Below, one piece after another: positions 14,777 through 27,549 of a DNA stretch of 62,780 nt. The notes under the pieces were generated by a model. That model saw only the letters and a program-made list of their open reading frames with translations, did no database searches and was not told the origin of the DNA. The position numbers were made by a program, and so were the translations under genes. Origin of the DNA: Trypethelium eluteriae (taxonomy: Eukaryota); the NCBI GenBank assembly GCA_051942245.1, contig JAVECL010000071.1:1-62780 (forward strand). Reading direction: 5' to 3'. Numbering within the stretch: position 1 is the first letter of the stretch; every line of letters starts with the position of its first letter.

Positions 14777-16856
14777 TTATGTCGACACCATCTGCTCCTT
14801 CAACCACGTGGGTACACTCGGTCTCTTTGCCCAACCAGCCCTCCATTCATCTTTCCACCGCTCTGAGCTCTCAGGAATGGCAAAAACCGCGGTTGCGAAC
14901 CATTTTGTGTCCCCTGCTTTCAAGTCCCCGCGCAGGGTAGGCAATAATGTCCGCGCTTCAACAAGGTTAGAATTTGCATCAGAGTCTAGGATGGATCCCG
15001 TTCTCGTTGAGGTCTGTTCTAGTTCGACAATTCCGACAGCGCCAGCTCTCGAGACCACGAGCGCCTCCGCCGAGGACGCATGAGTCCCTTCTTCGCCGAT
15101 TTGAACGTCGAAGCTTGTCAACGTCCGTCCGTCGGCCTGCTTGCACCCATAGATTGCGAAGGCTCCTTCTCCACTCTGCAACGCCCGGCCTGTCGTCACT
15201 TTGTGGACTCTGACATGCCAGTCATTTGCGTCACTATCCTTGGGAGGCAGCAGCCATGTCTTGACCTCCACGTCGTGCCAAGGTTTCATCTTACTCACCA
15301 GTATAGGCTGGTCGTCGTGCACCTGGATTTCCGCGTCAAGAACCTCGCGTCTCATTTTCCATGTCTCTCCGGCATCGTCGCTAAGCGCAAGGGCATTATC
15401 AGGCACAAATTGCTCAAGCGTGTAACTTCCCGTAGGCACCGAGTACGGAAACGCTGAAGAGTAGGCGTATTTGCCGTACTTAGCCTGCGTCGCCTTGAGA
15501 GGATAATGACAAGCTTGACCAGAAGACAAGAGATAAGTATGACCTTTCTTTGTACGGACCGTAATGTGCATAGGATGTTTCAATACAGAAATGTGCGGCA
15601 AAGACGTTACCGGGAGCTCCTCTTCTTGCGATGACCAGAACGGATGGCTTTCCGGCAGCGCTAGTGGAGCAAACGCAAGCATGCACCAATACGGAGACTG
15701 CGGGCTGTTGTAATTTTCTGCAAGATACGTATTTGGATAACTGTAGCCGATATTCAGCATTCCGTTCGGCTGGAAAATATCGGGTTGTGTGCTCCACCAG
15801 CGAAGGTTTCGAAGAAGAAGTCCTTTGACGACGCCCCAGGATAGCGGCTTCGGCAGCTCGACATCTGCAAAGACAACGGCGCCCCAGAAGCCAGACATGG
15901 CGAAGCGGTACGTCATGGATCTGCCAAATGGGATACTCCGGCCTTCTCGGTCATAGTACTGGACGAAGTCCAAGGCGTATTTCCGAGCTCGATTCCGGAA
16001 CTCCTCTGCACGATCCGGATCTGTCCTCTCAGCGAGCTTTGCATATAGGAGCTGTAAATATTGGATGGCGAAGCTGCCCGAGTAGTAGTCCATTTGACGA
16101 TAAGAGGCAGGCCCATCATTCGACCAACCGTCGCCGCGGTAAAATGTGTTTAGGTGGACTACATCCTTTTCGAGACGGTCTTGGTCATATTTGGCATTAT
16201 TCTTTGCCAGACCAAGATTGGCAAAGACACGAAACCAGAGCCTGTCATTTTTAGCTGTGTTTCTTCCAGAAGAGTATCTTTTTTCAAGACTGCATGGATT
16301 CTCCTACCAATTGGTATTTGGCATCTCCTTGTCGTTCATGCTCGCCAGCCAGGACTCAACGTTTCTTTTCTGCTCTTCAGTAAGAGGATCCCAGAAATGC
16401 TTATTCGCAATTGCAAGGGTAAATCCGATAGGACAGGCTTCCACCATCCTCTGGTCAATGTCTTCCATGTTTCCCCAAAACTCCGGGCAATTAGGATCAG
16501 TCCCATTGATCACTCCTTCTACCCAAAGCTTCGCACCGTCATATTCTGTGCCACCAGCAAGAAGTGGCGCGAGTCCCCAGAGCGGCCGAGCATGACCTTC
16601 TATCTGTGCAGCTCGCTCATCGACTGCAGGTCCTGATTTCAGTTCAAAAGATCATCAATTCACAATAAGCTCACGTACAGCGTGTTCCCGTGCTTCCAAC
16701 CCTAACGTATGCCCGTTTCGGTGAGAAGCCGGCTCTGAGAGGATCCAGTAGCGACTTACAAGCATTGGCAACATCTTCACGTGTGCGAAGGGGATTTTGA
16801 GACCAAGGATGATGAGGCGCCGCACGATTGGCTTCCGCGATTGAATGTGCATTCAT
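14777..16856 (-). CDS. DUF2264 family protein, several introns
   Basis: [100 protein letters not shown]. Confidence 0.88.
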
Positions 16857-17699
16857 GCTGGAGGTGTTTCTGCTGTTTGCAGCTCAGACCCTCTGGCCTC
16901 TAATCAAATGGGCCTTGCAGATCGTGGAGCAGTTTACATGTGACGTTCCAGTGCCGAATTGATAAGGTGAAGAAAGCACACAATCTCAGATGATATAAAA
17001 AGTTTCAAATTTAGAGACGCCACAAATAAAAGTCTTCAACTGTGAACCTAAATATAAAGGCAAGTTGTTTTGATGTTTAGGCAAAATGCTATGCTTTGAC
17101 GGCGGTTGCAGATCACCCGAGGGCAGCCCCTCCACAACTCCGCATTATTGTCTTTCATGACCTCCAGACGTTCCAACCAAGGATGCAAGCATTGGATCAG
17201 ATCCCTGTACAAAGATGACCTATCGGAAACAACTTGGAGCATCATGCTTTGTATGGAGAACTCTCAGATAGCTATTCTGATGGTTTTGGCCCTGGCTGCT
17301 AAAAAGATTCCAATATCCACCATGTGGAACTCGATCTTCGCGGAAGCTACTTTTGTTAGCCAGTCCGGATGAGAAGTCAGTAGACGGAAATCTCACGCTC
17401 TTTCGTTGGATCGATTGCTGTATCCTATCTGGCCCTCTATTGTATCCCCTTGCGTTGTGGGCTTGGCGGACCCCTTTGAATGATCTTGCTCTGTCATGGC
17501 CCTTTCCATTGACTCTTGATTCTTGTAATGTAGTTGGAGTCTTCCAAGGGGCAAGTGTTCGGGAGTACCTGAATCGGCAAAACATAGAGGATACGAAGAG
17601 ATACCCTGGACTACGGTTGGAGTGGGGGCCAATTTCTTCATTTCTTTCCCACGGGTCTTGCAAGGTTTGACATGATGCAAACGGGTAGCCAAGTCTGGA

Positions 17700-18710
17700 T
17701 CAGTCCATTGCTTCCCAGTCATTCTTGCCTTTCGATTGCTCTTCGTTCTCCGTGACCATGATTCCCACGCAGCATTGCCCCAGCATGTTCTCCCAATTTA
17801 CGTATGAGTGGATCTCGTTGAACAACCTCTCTGCATCTTTCCCAGCAGCTCTCATTATTTCTCCTTCGCCACCCGGATGGTATGGTACGTAAGGAGTCAA
17901 ATTGTAGACACGACCCTGATAGCTGGCCCAAACAGGGCGACCCTTCCTGCCGTTCATCTGCTTGAGTTGCGAGGGAGTGACCCGCTGCATGTATTGTACG
18001 CCAGCTAGATTGCGATTTGTCTTCGTCAATTGCGCCCAGTCAATGCTGGAACGACCCGGCGCAAGCACGACCTTATTTCGCGCGTTTCGAGTTGAGACAT
18101 TATGGGCGGTTGGGATGGAGAGGGAACTGGTAGGGCGTGCAGCAGATGGGCCGCGGTTCGGAAGAGGACCTGTTGTAGGTACTCGGGCAGCTTGCGCCGA
18201 TGTTGGAGTCATTCTGCGAGGAAGAGGCACCGTGGGTGGAGGCATCAGTTCTGACTCTGAGGGTTTCGTCTGGCTTGGTAGAGGCTTCAACGTTGGTGGA
18301 CTGCGCGCATTCTGTAGGGAGGGAGCCTGCTGAGACACTGATCCATTTGCAGATTTGGGATTTCCTTCGTCGAGTTTCTCGGTCGAGTCATTTAGAGAGA
18401 ATGACGGAATGACGGATTCTAGTTGAGCGCTGCGCGCTTTTGGGGTAGAGTCCGGGGACACTGTTTCTGCTGGTGGATCGGTGGCATTAACAGGCAATAA
18501 AGCGTCGTCCGTCGAGGATCTATGATGATCTCTGATGCTGTCATGTGTTCTCTCGCTGGATATCTGGTCCCCTTGTGAACGCTCCGGTGTGCCAGAACGC
18601 GCCTGTACGCGCCCGAAAGCCCAAGGAAACTTTCCCCATATCTCGGAACCGTGCTTATAGGTGATAAATGACAGCGAGGCAATGATGAGAGAAAGTCCCC
18701 ACAGGACCAT
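17700..18710 (-). CDS. Cytochrome b5-like heme-binding protein (Irc21-like)
   Basis: Single 336-aa ORF; C-terminal KVVLAPGRSSIDWAQL...GRVYNLTPYVPYHPGGEGEIMRAAGKDAERLFNEIHSYVN...CCVG. Confidence 0.88.
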   Translation of the reverse strand: MVLWGLSLIIASLSFITYKHGSEIWGKFPWAFGRVQARSGTPERSQGDQISSERTHDSIRDHHRSSTDDALLPVNATDPPAETVSPDSTPKARSAQLESVIPSFSLNDSTEKLDEGNPKSANGSVSQQAPSLQNARSPPTLKPLPSQTKPSESELMPPPTVPLPRRMTPTSAQAARVPTTGPLPNRGPSAARPTSSLSIPTAHNVSTRNARNKVVLAPGRSSIDWAQLTKTNRNLAGVQYMQRVTPSQLKQMNGRKGRPVWASYQGRVYNLTPYVPYHPGGEGEIMRAAGKDAERLFNEIHSYVNWENMLGQCCVGIMVTENEEQSKGKNDWEAMD

Positions 18711-19016
18711 GTCTCCGGAGTAGTTAAAACAACAGCCGTTGACAAGATGTCTAGCACCTTCGTGGCCGCAATGTATAAATTTACGAAGGAGTAAATAACG
18801 CTCTGACGGAACCCGACTTTTTAGCGTAAAGAGCAGGATCCAGCCCAGCAGCCCTATGCAGATGACTCGACGTCATCCGTCACCAAAATATCGTCCTCTA
18901 GAGGAAGCTTTGCCGATTCTGCAAAGAGACCTCGAAGAGAAGGTCAATGACTTAATTGCATGTCTCCGATGTCCTCCAATCTCTGTATTGCTTGTCTGCT
19001 TTATTGAAGTTCGATC

Positions 19017-19568
19017 ATGCTTCCATCTCGCCAAATCGCCCGTTGCCTCTTACCAAATCGGCTTCGTCTCGCAACTCTCTCTCTTCCGCGTCAAAGACTT
19101 TCGCCTGCACCGCTCTTTCCAAGGCAAGCTCCGTATGCATCACACGTTTCTCCTCTAGCTCGTCATTTTGCCGCAGCAAGCAGCGCTGATGAGCAAATTG
19201 ACGAGATCCAGGAACTGTATGTTCAGACTTCTTCCCAGAGTCAACTCGTGTTAATCCGTTTCTAGTTATGCAACAGCCCGAGATGAGGTATTCAATGACG
19301 CAGTATTATGGTTGCATTTCAATTTCACTTATCATGCTTCCAGTTCGAAATCGCAGCCGAGGAAACCGAGAAGATGACAGTCTATGCGGAAGACGATCGA
19401 AAAGCTGCACGGGAAGAGCTCACCAAGCTTCAAGAAGCATATAAGAAGGCAATAGAAGGGCCAGACCCCGAAGTTGGCGAGGAGATCAAACGAAGAATTG
19501 GACAAAGGATTAGAGAATTGGAAAATGCTGTCGTAGCTATGGAAGAGACAGCACAAAATCAAGATTAG
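19017..19568 (+). CDS. Small coiled-coil hypothetical protein with a mitochondrial-type presequence
   Basis: Exons 19017-19216, 19266-19287 and 19344-19568 join as DEIQELYATARDEFEIAAEETEK; Arg/Leu/Ser-rich N-terminus. Confidence 0.8.
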
Positions 19569-19978
19569 TATCCAGACTTAAATGTATATATGTATAAATA
19601 TTAGGTGTATAGACGTCGATGGATTGTATTCATCCCGGCATATGTGAGGTTCACATCATATCTCATCAGAGAAGTACTGCGTTATTTTGTATCCATACAG
19701 TGCCCGTATCTAGGAGATACTCGAAGCACTCGGACGGGTTAGGATTGATAGCACACCAGGATCTTGTATAGATAGGAGCAAGATGATCCAGCAATTTTTT
19801 CCCCAGATACCCCATGTTTCCTTTCCGAATTACCCTATGTGAGGGCAGCACAGCTGCTCTAGCTAATGATACATTCCCCAACGCTCCTCTCTACTGCTAT
19901 ATATACGATTATCCTGGAGCAACGGCAAAAGCAGCCATATTCCGAAAATTGGACGTCCCCACGCAGCCATCTACCTCT

Positions 19979-22900
19979 TCAAAGCGCCTCAATTGCCGTC
20001 CTCAACACATCCAATCCCCTCTCCTCCACTCCCCCATCCCCGTCTTCCTTCAACATCCACGCCACATCACTCAGCACTCCTAAAGGCAGGTAGCACGCCT
20101 TCTTTGCCTTCTCCAAGCTCTCCTTCATCCGACTCGTATGCTCCCACTCCCTCGCCGCCTGCTCCGCTTTCTCGATCACCCTCCCCGGTATCCCACACAT
20201 CGCCGCACAATGCATGCCAAAGCTGCCCTCCGCCACGCCCTCTTCCAACTTATACAAGAACGTGACCTCCCGATTCACCTCATCCACGTGGATCTGCATC
20301 CTCTTCGCCGCAATCTCAGGGTGATGCGCAAACTCTAGCGCAAGCGAATGATAGTGCGTCGCAAAAAACCCCAAACACCCGAGCTGACTCGCCACATGGT
20401 GCAGCACCGCCTGCGCGACCGCCAGCCCATCGTAGGAGCTCGTGCCGCGGCCCAGCTCGTCGAGGATGACGAGCGAGCGCGGCGTCGCCTCGGCGAGGAT
20501 CTTCTTCGTCTCCGCGAGCTCGACGAAGAACGTCGACTGCGCGCCGAAGAGGTTGTCGTGCGCGCCTAGCCGCGACATGATGCGGTCGACGGGCGTGAGC
20601 GTGGCGGCGGTCGCCGGCACGTGGCACCCAATCTGCGCCATGATGGTGGCGATGCAGGTCATGCGCAGGATGGTGGATTTGCCGGCGGCGTTGGCGCCGG
20701 TGAGGAGGGTCAGGTTGGCGTGGTTGGGCCCGCCCAGGGCGATGTCGTTGGGGATGAAGTCCGTGACGCTGGTGAGCATGCAGGGGTGGCGCAGGTCCTG
20801 GAATTCGAGGATGCTGCGGGTGGAGGAGGAAGAGACGAAGTGTGGGCGGCAGCTGGGGGAGCCGAGGGAAGAGGAGGCTCTGGCGAGGGAGATGAGGCAG
20901 TCGAGTTGTGCGACGATTTTGACGGCGGCGAGCCAGGTGGTGTATTCCTCGTCGAAACGGGCGTAGAATCGAGAAGCGACTTCTTTGACGATCTGGCCAT
21001 GCGTTTCCTGGGCTTCTTGAAGCGAGCGCACAAGTTTACGAAGCTCCGGGCTGTAGTAACGTTTGACTTGTTTCGTAGCAGACATTTGATCCCAAGATTT
21101 GGGGACGCCTTTGACTTTTATGGGAACTTCGAGTTGGTAGATCTCCTTACCGTTATCAGTGAACTTGATGGCAGTCGAGCCAAGATCACGCCGAGCTTTC
21201 TTGAGGAGGTTGTCCAGATCCTTGAGACATTCGTCGATGTGTTCCTGACTTTCGTCAAAGTCCGCCTCAACACCTGGTTCAGGAACAAGAATGCCCTCAT
21301 CCTTTGCCTTGCGCCGATCGAACGCATCTTTCCAACTCTTCAGGGAGCCTGAAAGGTCGGGCATAGATGAAATGAGTTGTCCAATAAGACCTTCCCCTTC
21401 TCCAACTGCGCCAACAAGGCTCATTGTATACTCAATTTGCTCAAACCCTTCAAGTACCTTGACAAAGTTCTGCGCCTTACACCGTCCAGCATGTACACGA
21501 GAGATCAATCGCTCCAAATCAGGTATCTTTGTAAGAGAGGAAGTGAAGCGGTCCGTGACAGAGCTGTCAGCGTTTAGGGCTTCAACGGCGTCCAGCCTAG
21601 CATTGATCTTGTCAGTATCTGCAAGAGGATGGCAAACCCATTGACGAAGCATTCTTTTGCCAAATGGAGTGACACAACGATTGAGCATGGCGAAGAGAGT
21701 TCCATTTGGGCCACCATCAATCGAATTTGCGAAGACCTCGAGATTGATCAAACTTTGACCATCCAGAACCAAACTCGTGGCTTTTCGAATTGGATCGTAC
21801 CAGCTAAAATTTCCCAGACTAAGCAAATCTCGTTCAATCTTGAGGAGGCGGAGATACTGAATCAAGGCACCGACTGCGGACATGACGAGATCCTTGTCTC
21901 TTGCTTCGCGAAGAATCTGTGGCCAGGTTTCCTCATCCTCTTGGTCCTGAGAGACAAAGTAGCCACTTGCGTCAATCTCTCGGCATGTAATGTCCGCTGG
22001 CCAGAACTCCTTGCCAGGCTTGAGGTAATTCCAGATGGTCGTTGGGCCAGTATTATTCTTCAGAATGCGTAATGCTTTGGCAGAGATACAGGACTTCTCC
22101 AGAAGTAACTCGCCTGGTCGTGTTTGAGCGACAAATGTCTCGAATCTCGTCATGTCCATATCGTCGACAAATTCGGTCAAATGAAACTGGGCAGTAGCAG
22201 TGTCTACGAATGCAATACCAAAGGCTGGATGATTCTCTCGGTCGACTTCCTTGATCGCAACACAATAGGTCGACATGTCATCCTGGAGCATGCTCCCATC
22301 CACAAGTGTGCCGGAAGTAAGCACAGAGCTGAGTTCTCTCCGAATGACTTTGTCCTCTTTCTGCTTCTTACCAGGCTTCTGCCCATCCCTTTCACGCATC
22401 TCTTTGGCAAGAGCCGACTCCATCTGGTCAACTCTGGCAATCTTGAAGCCTTTTGCCACAAATTGGTTTGCCCAATGATCCAGGGATGCTTCAGGAACTC
22501 CGACCATACGCATATTCACCCGGTCCGTAAGCTTGAGATCAAACAATTGGTGTCCGATAGTAGCATCATTCTCATACAGCTCATAGAACTTTCCCTTCTT
22601 GAAGAAGACAATGGTATCCCAGAATTTCTGCTTGATTTCCCAATATTGCTTTTCAAATGGCGAGAAATTGTTCCAAGCAAGGGGAGGAATATAGATTGTT
22701 CGGGGATCATAGTCTGGATGACCTAGCTCGTTCCTATCCGCATCTTTGATGTTGGCAAGCCAGGTGTATCTCTGTTCTGGCTCCGACATATGCGCTTTCT
22801 GCTTCCTCTTCTCTCCCGACGGTTTTGTTGAGACTGGTGGTGCTTTTCGGGCTTCGACAGGCAGAGGATTATCGGCATCATAGGTCCACTGCTGTGCCGT

Positions 22901-23798
22901 GGATACTGTGGGCAGCTCTAGGCTGTCCTCTGAGGGGAGAGGAGCTGGCGGCGAAGGTTCTTTGCTTGTATTGCGTGAAGGTCCAGACGAGTTTCGCTTA
23001 CGCTTCTTTGGTTTTACAGGCTCTTCATCAGAGTCGTCGGCAACAATAAAATCATCCATATCTATGTTGACTGTAAGCATTCCACTCTCATGGGAGATAA
23101 CTTAACAACATAGCAAGTCATACCTTCAGACTCAGCCATCGCAGCATCTGCAAGTCCGTCTAATCCATACTCGTCCTCTGAGTCCTCAAGGCTCACTTTT
23201 CGCCGCTTCGAAGACCTTCCGTTCGTGGTATTGTTGGACAGTGGCTTGAAAACTTCCTCATCCTCGTCTTCTGAATTATCAGACTCGGCATAATTGATTG
23301 TCTTCTTTGCCTGGTCTTTGATCAGTCACTAATGTCCCTTTCTCATGTACTTCCTTTGCTTACTTTTCTGGACGGGCTATAGAATGAAGATCCCATATTG
23401 CCTTTGCTCAGAATCACATCAGCCTTGGCATCAGCTGGCGTGATGGGAGAGGGCAGACCATTCTCCTGATTCTCAGATTTCTTTTCTTTGTCATGAGGTG
23501 GTAGTGCAGTCTCTTGGCTGGAGGCTTCTGGGGCATCGCTGCTGGGTGTCGGTGTCAAGTTGGCATTGGAACCAGCCGGAACGCGATCTTTCTTTGCCTT
23601 AGCTTTCGTAGCACCTATAGCCGGCTTTGATGATACTGTTGAAGTCTGCGAGGTTGCCGAAGGTGTTTGGCTGCCAGTTTTCTGAAAAAAGCCCAGGAGA
23701 GTTTTCTGGTTCTTCTCTGGTTGTGAAGACGAGGTAGATTTTTTCAATGCAGGAGGTCGAGGTGTAGATACCTCATTGCCTTCGATACCACGAGCCAT
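19979..23798 (-). CDS. MSH6: DNA mismatch repair protein MSH6
   Basis: PIP-box QKTLLGFF, YDPRTIYIPP, FFKKGKFYELYENDA, Walker A TGANAAGKST, STFFVELAET, DELGRGTS, FATHYH, SFGMHCA; introns ~23312-23362 and ~23072-23122. Confidence 0.97.
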
Positions 23799-23883
23799 GT
23801 CTATTACTCCAACAAGATTTTCACTCAGGGACGTGGGAATTGCATCCGTAAAATTTGGGAGTGGTAAGTGTTGAGGGATTGAG

Positions 23884-23916
23884 ACGCGAACTTCGGACGC
23901 GTTGGCGTCACCGCGT
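23884..23916. promoter_or_regulatory. MCB-like elements in the MSH6 promoter
   Basis: ACGCGA (23884), ACGCGT (23897) and CCGCGT (23911), 90-120 bp upstream of the MSH6 ATG; MCB boxes are typical of G1/S and DNA repair genes. Confidence 0.55.
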
Positions 23917-24417
23917 AGAGCTGTTTGCACTTCTGGCAAACCGAGCTTTCGTCCATCCCCTATATCACCACCCACTTACGGCATACATGTTCAGTATACA
24001 GATTATCCAAGTTCTACTATTAGCCTAAGACTGTCGGGAAAGCCCAGATTAAAGAAAATCATGGATTTTATCAATCCCGCTACTAGCCTATGTCTCTATG
24101 CTTAGTTCGTTGAATGAAGAACTGGCACCAATTACCGGGGACGTGCAGCGAATCAGAGCCTAGCTTCAGGACGATTATAATGAGTAGGCCTAGCTCTGCT
24201 TAGCGCCTGGACATATCCTGCTATAGGCTTCTCAAGTAGCACCTGTTGATCGTGGATGCAACATTATAAGCCACCGCCTGACCGCAACAGTACTTGATCC
24301 GCGGAAAACTGGTCATTCATAATCTTCAATCGGGGGGTCTTCTCACGCTTCCAGAATGACCCATATAAGAGATGAGTTGACCAGATTCCCTTCCGACTAC
24401 CGGACCCTCTTGGTCGC

Positions 24418-25479
24418 TTAATCGCAATCTCTAAATGTCTGGGTCTTCACACGATTGGTAATATCCTTCTCTACATATAGCTGGCCAAACAAGTCTGTGA
24501 CGTCGACAAAGACCCGGAGCGCATCCGTTATGGGGGCCGACTGCACGTTCTCTTCCAATTTCTGCAAAGTCAGCTGCATGCCCAATCGCTCAAATTCGGC
24601 AATGCCCACGAGTTCCTTCTTCATAACCGTCGTTGGATACGCGTTTGAACTTTCAGTCTATCCGTTGACGGCTGGTACGGTATGGACATTAATGCCGGAA
24701 TAGACCCTACTATCCAGCGAGTCCCTGCCGATGCGGGATTCAACTTCAGGAAAATCTAGGCTGTTCAAATTTCCTTCGTCCATATCACGTTCAGCTGAGC
24801 CATAATCATTGTACTATCGAGACATGCTTGAGGGACTCCTGACCAGCGTATGGCTGAGATACTCAGCTTATGGTCCTTGGAAGTAGAAGGTTCCGGCTGT
24901 GCTGATAAGACACGTGAAAAACCGAAACGAGAAAGGACAGCTCGTACCGTCTGCCGCAATAAAATGGACCCATCTGAAATAACCAGTTTCAATTGGATTG
25001 CGGTGTGAAGGTTTGTTTTGTGGCCTGCTTAGTGATTCCCTGACTGCTCGTAGTTGGAGGTTGTCAAGGTTGTGACTAATGTGTGCCAGTAGATAGTTGT
25101 AGAGCTCAGTCGCAAGCTCTTTCTGAATCAGTAACGGGGACTGAAAGACCATCGACTGTCTCAAAAGGTGCTTTATGTACTTCGAGAAGACGGCGATCAC
25201 GTTTTCCAGCTCACCCATCGCTTTTTTGCCGTTCTCTGGCGCTCGTATAAACGGGCTTGGGAACAAGTTTTCGGCTCTGAGCCAACCCATTGGACTGAGC
25301 TGGGCAACATGCGCGGCAACTTCGCCCTTGTTCTCTTTTCCAAGGTCGCATTCATCCGGTAGCGAAAGTGCCAATCGCCTGAAACTTGGCTCTGTGAGAT
25401 GAATCACAACGCCATGTATTCGTCCACTTGATAATTCAACAAAGACATGAGCACCATGTCCCACAATATCTCGCAGCAC
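24418..25479 (-). pseudogene. C-terminal remnant of a fungal bifunctional diterpene synthase (CPS/ent-kaurene synthase-like)
   Basis: One frame: [59 protein letters not shown] (NSE-type motif), AEFER, VFVDVTDLFGQLYVEKD; in-frame stops at 24868, 24814 and 24658; N-terminal domains not seen. Confidence 0.85.
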
Positions 25480-25864
25480 AATATTCCGTGTCTAATCTGA
25501 TTGGCGACCGTCCATAGGACTGGAATGGATTGCATCCCAGGGTCAAAACAGACATCGTGCCAGCAGTAGAACGCAGTACGCTGTCACCTCGGGTGAACCA
25601 TCCCATGATCCGTCCCTCTGCTGGTCACATAATGTCTGTGAGACTGCTTGACACAGTACGATCGGAATGCGATTATATATCAGAGCTTCTGTTTCACAAA
25701 AGAAATCCTAGAGGAATACAGACATGGCTTTGTTAATCATGTGAGTGTGTTCAAGTCCGCAGCGCTATCCACGAGTCAGCATATAAAAAAAGCAAACATT
25801 AGAGTAAGTTTCAAGAATATGGGTGCTAGCCGCTCTCGATCTCTCAAATCATAGCCGGTCACAA

Positions 25865-26911
25865 ATGCCTCGTCCAAGAATTCTTTTGGGTGGTGCTCCC
25901 GAGGACAGCGGCGCCTTCAGCACTCTTGAACAACTGAACGCTCTTCTCGCCGTCTTACGTCAGCACAACGTCACCAGTATCGACACAGCGGCGCTTTATC
26001 CCAGTGCCAGCTCCGGCAGATCTGAAAGCCCCCTTGGTGAAGCCCGTGCTGCCGGTCTTCTCACAGACTTTGCAATCGATACAAAGATTGTGAACACACC
26101 TGCCGACGGAATAGGCACACTTACCAAGTCTGCAATACGCAGCTCAGTTGCCAAGTCATAACAGCGTCTATGGGAGAACAAGCAGGATGATGACCATGCG
26201 CCCATTAGTATTCTGTACTGCCACGTCTTCGACCCCACGACTCCTCCACAAGAAACGACCTCGACCCTAGCGGAGCTACACAGATCCGGGGATGCCTTCA
26301 AGACTCTAGGTATCTCGAACTTCACTGCAAGCCAGGCCGAATCCTTCATATCATCATGCAAAACAATAAGCTGTCCTAAACCGATGATCTTAGAAGGCCT
26401 GTACAACGCACTTTCACCCAACGCCAAGATCTCGCTAGCACACTTGCCTGATACGCTCAGCTTGATTTCCACCACTCTTCGAAGGCATGGAATGAGCTGC
26501 GTTACATGGTCGCTTCCGGCAGGCGGCTTTCTCACTGGAAATTGTACACAGGGCAACAAAGACATGGGGTTCGATACCAGTAATGGTAAGTCCCATAAGT
26601 TCATGTACGACAAACCTAGCATGCACGATGCCGTCAAGATGTTGGCATGGGAATGCGAGAATGGCGAAGGTACGGTCAAGGGGGTTGATGAAGGGGATGC
26701 AACTATAACACCGCTTGGCGAAGCTTCACTAAGATGGTTGTATTACCACTCAGCTCTCAACGAATATGATGGAATGATTCTCAGAGTACATTCTGTGGGT
26801 ATGATAGTGGCCAATGGTAAGGCTATTGGACGAGGTCCACTACCCGAGGGCTTGGTAGTAGCATTTGATACGGTTCGGGACATGGTGAAGAAAGATGCAC
26901 CGATCTTCTGA
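25865..26911 (+). pseudogene. Aldo-keto reductase (aflatoxin-aldehyde-reductase/SirO-like) with one in-frame stop
   Basis: IDTAALYP, SESPLGE, IDTK, ILYCH..D.TTP, LGISNF, EGLYNAL, LPAGGFLTG, ASLRWLYYHSAL; TAA at 26159-26161 in KS*QRL, with the same frame continuing and no convincing intron over it. Confidence 0.75.
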
Positions 26912-27549
26912 TGGATATAGCAGACTGGCCTATCATAGTTAGTAGACAAGGATTCCCGGAAGAATCGAAACATAGCTGGTCAAGGTTTTGCTCACAATTG
27001 ATGTCGTACAGAATAAGACGAGTGCTGCAATTATCGTCGCTTGCCCTACAATGTTTAATTAGTCTGGCAACAAAAATCTCCCATCTTGTAAATTCTGAAA
27101 CATGCTGTTTGGGTCAACCATGGTCGTAGTAGCTCATTGAGATATCAACATTAAGAGTTAGCTGTTTGTTGAGCTTGTTCGCGAATGTGTGCGCTTTTTC
27201 AGCAGCATACGCGTGGCCTAGGGGTCAGTCGCGGTGACTTCCAATGCTGGACGCGTTTCCTGCCTCCTGCAGGCGTCGGGCTTCAAGACGCTTTTGAATG
27301 TTTAAACAGTGAGGATCTCCTCTTGACGAACGGTTCCCGGAGTATCGCCTGATATTCTCTTCCCTGAATAGTAGAAAGAGTCCGTGGCAAGATGAGATAA
27401 GTTGCGGCAAATGCACGCTGACGCGTGTCTATGTGATATACCGAATTATCTAAGCCAGAAAGATCATGCCAGAAGCTGATACTTTGGCACTGTACTAATA
27501 CAACATTCAACACTAGCAGCAGCACAGGGAGGTACACTCGTCCAAACGC

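Noticed and set aside
17050..17690. Short ORFs between the DUF2264 and cytochrome b5 genes
   Set aside because: No motif or coherent splice model
20442..21352. Long antisense ORFs over MSH6 and other genes
   Set aside because: Shadow ORFs caused by GC-rich codon usage
19979..23798. MSH6 as a self-resistance gene of the ETP cluster
   Set aside because: Looks like the normal housekeeping copy with MCB-like boxes; separated from the cluster by relics; GliT/GliA-like genes already explain resistance
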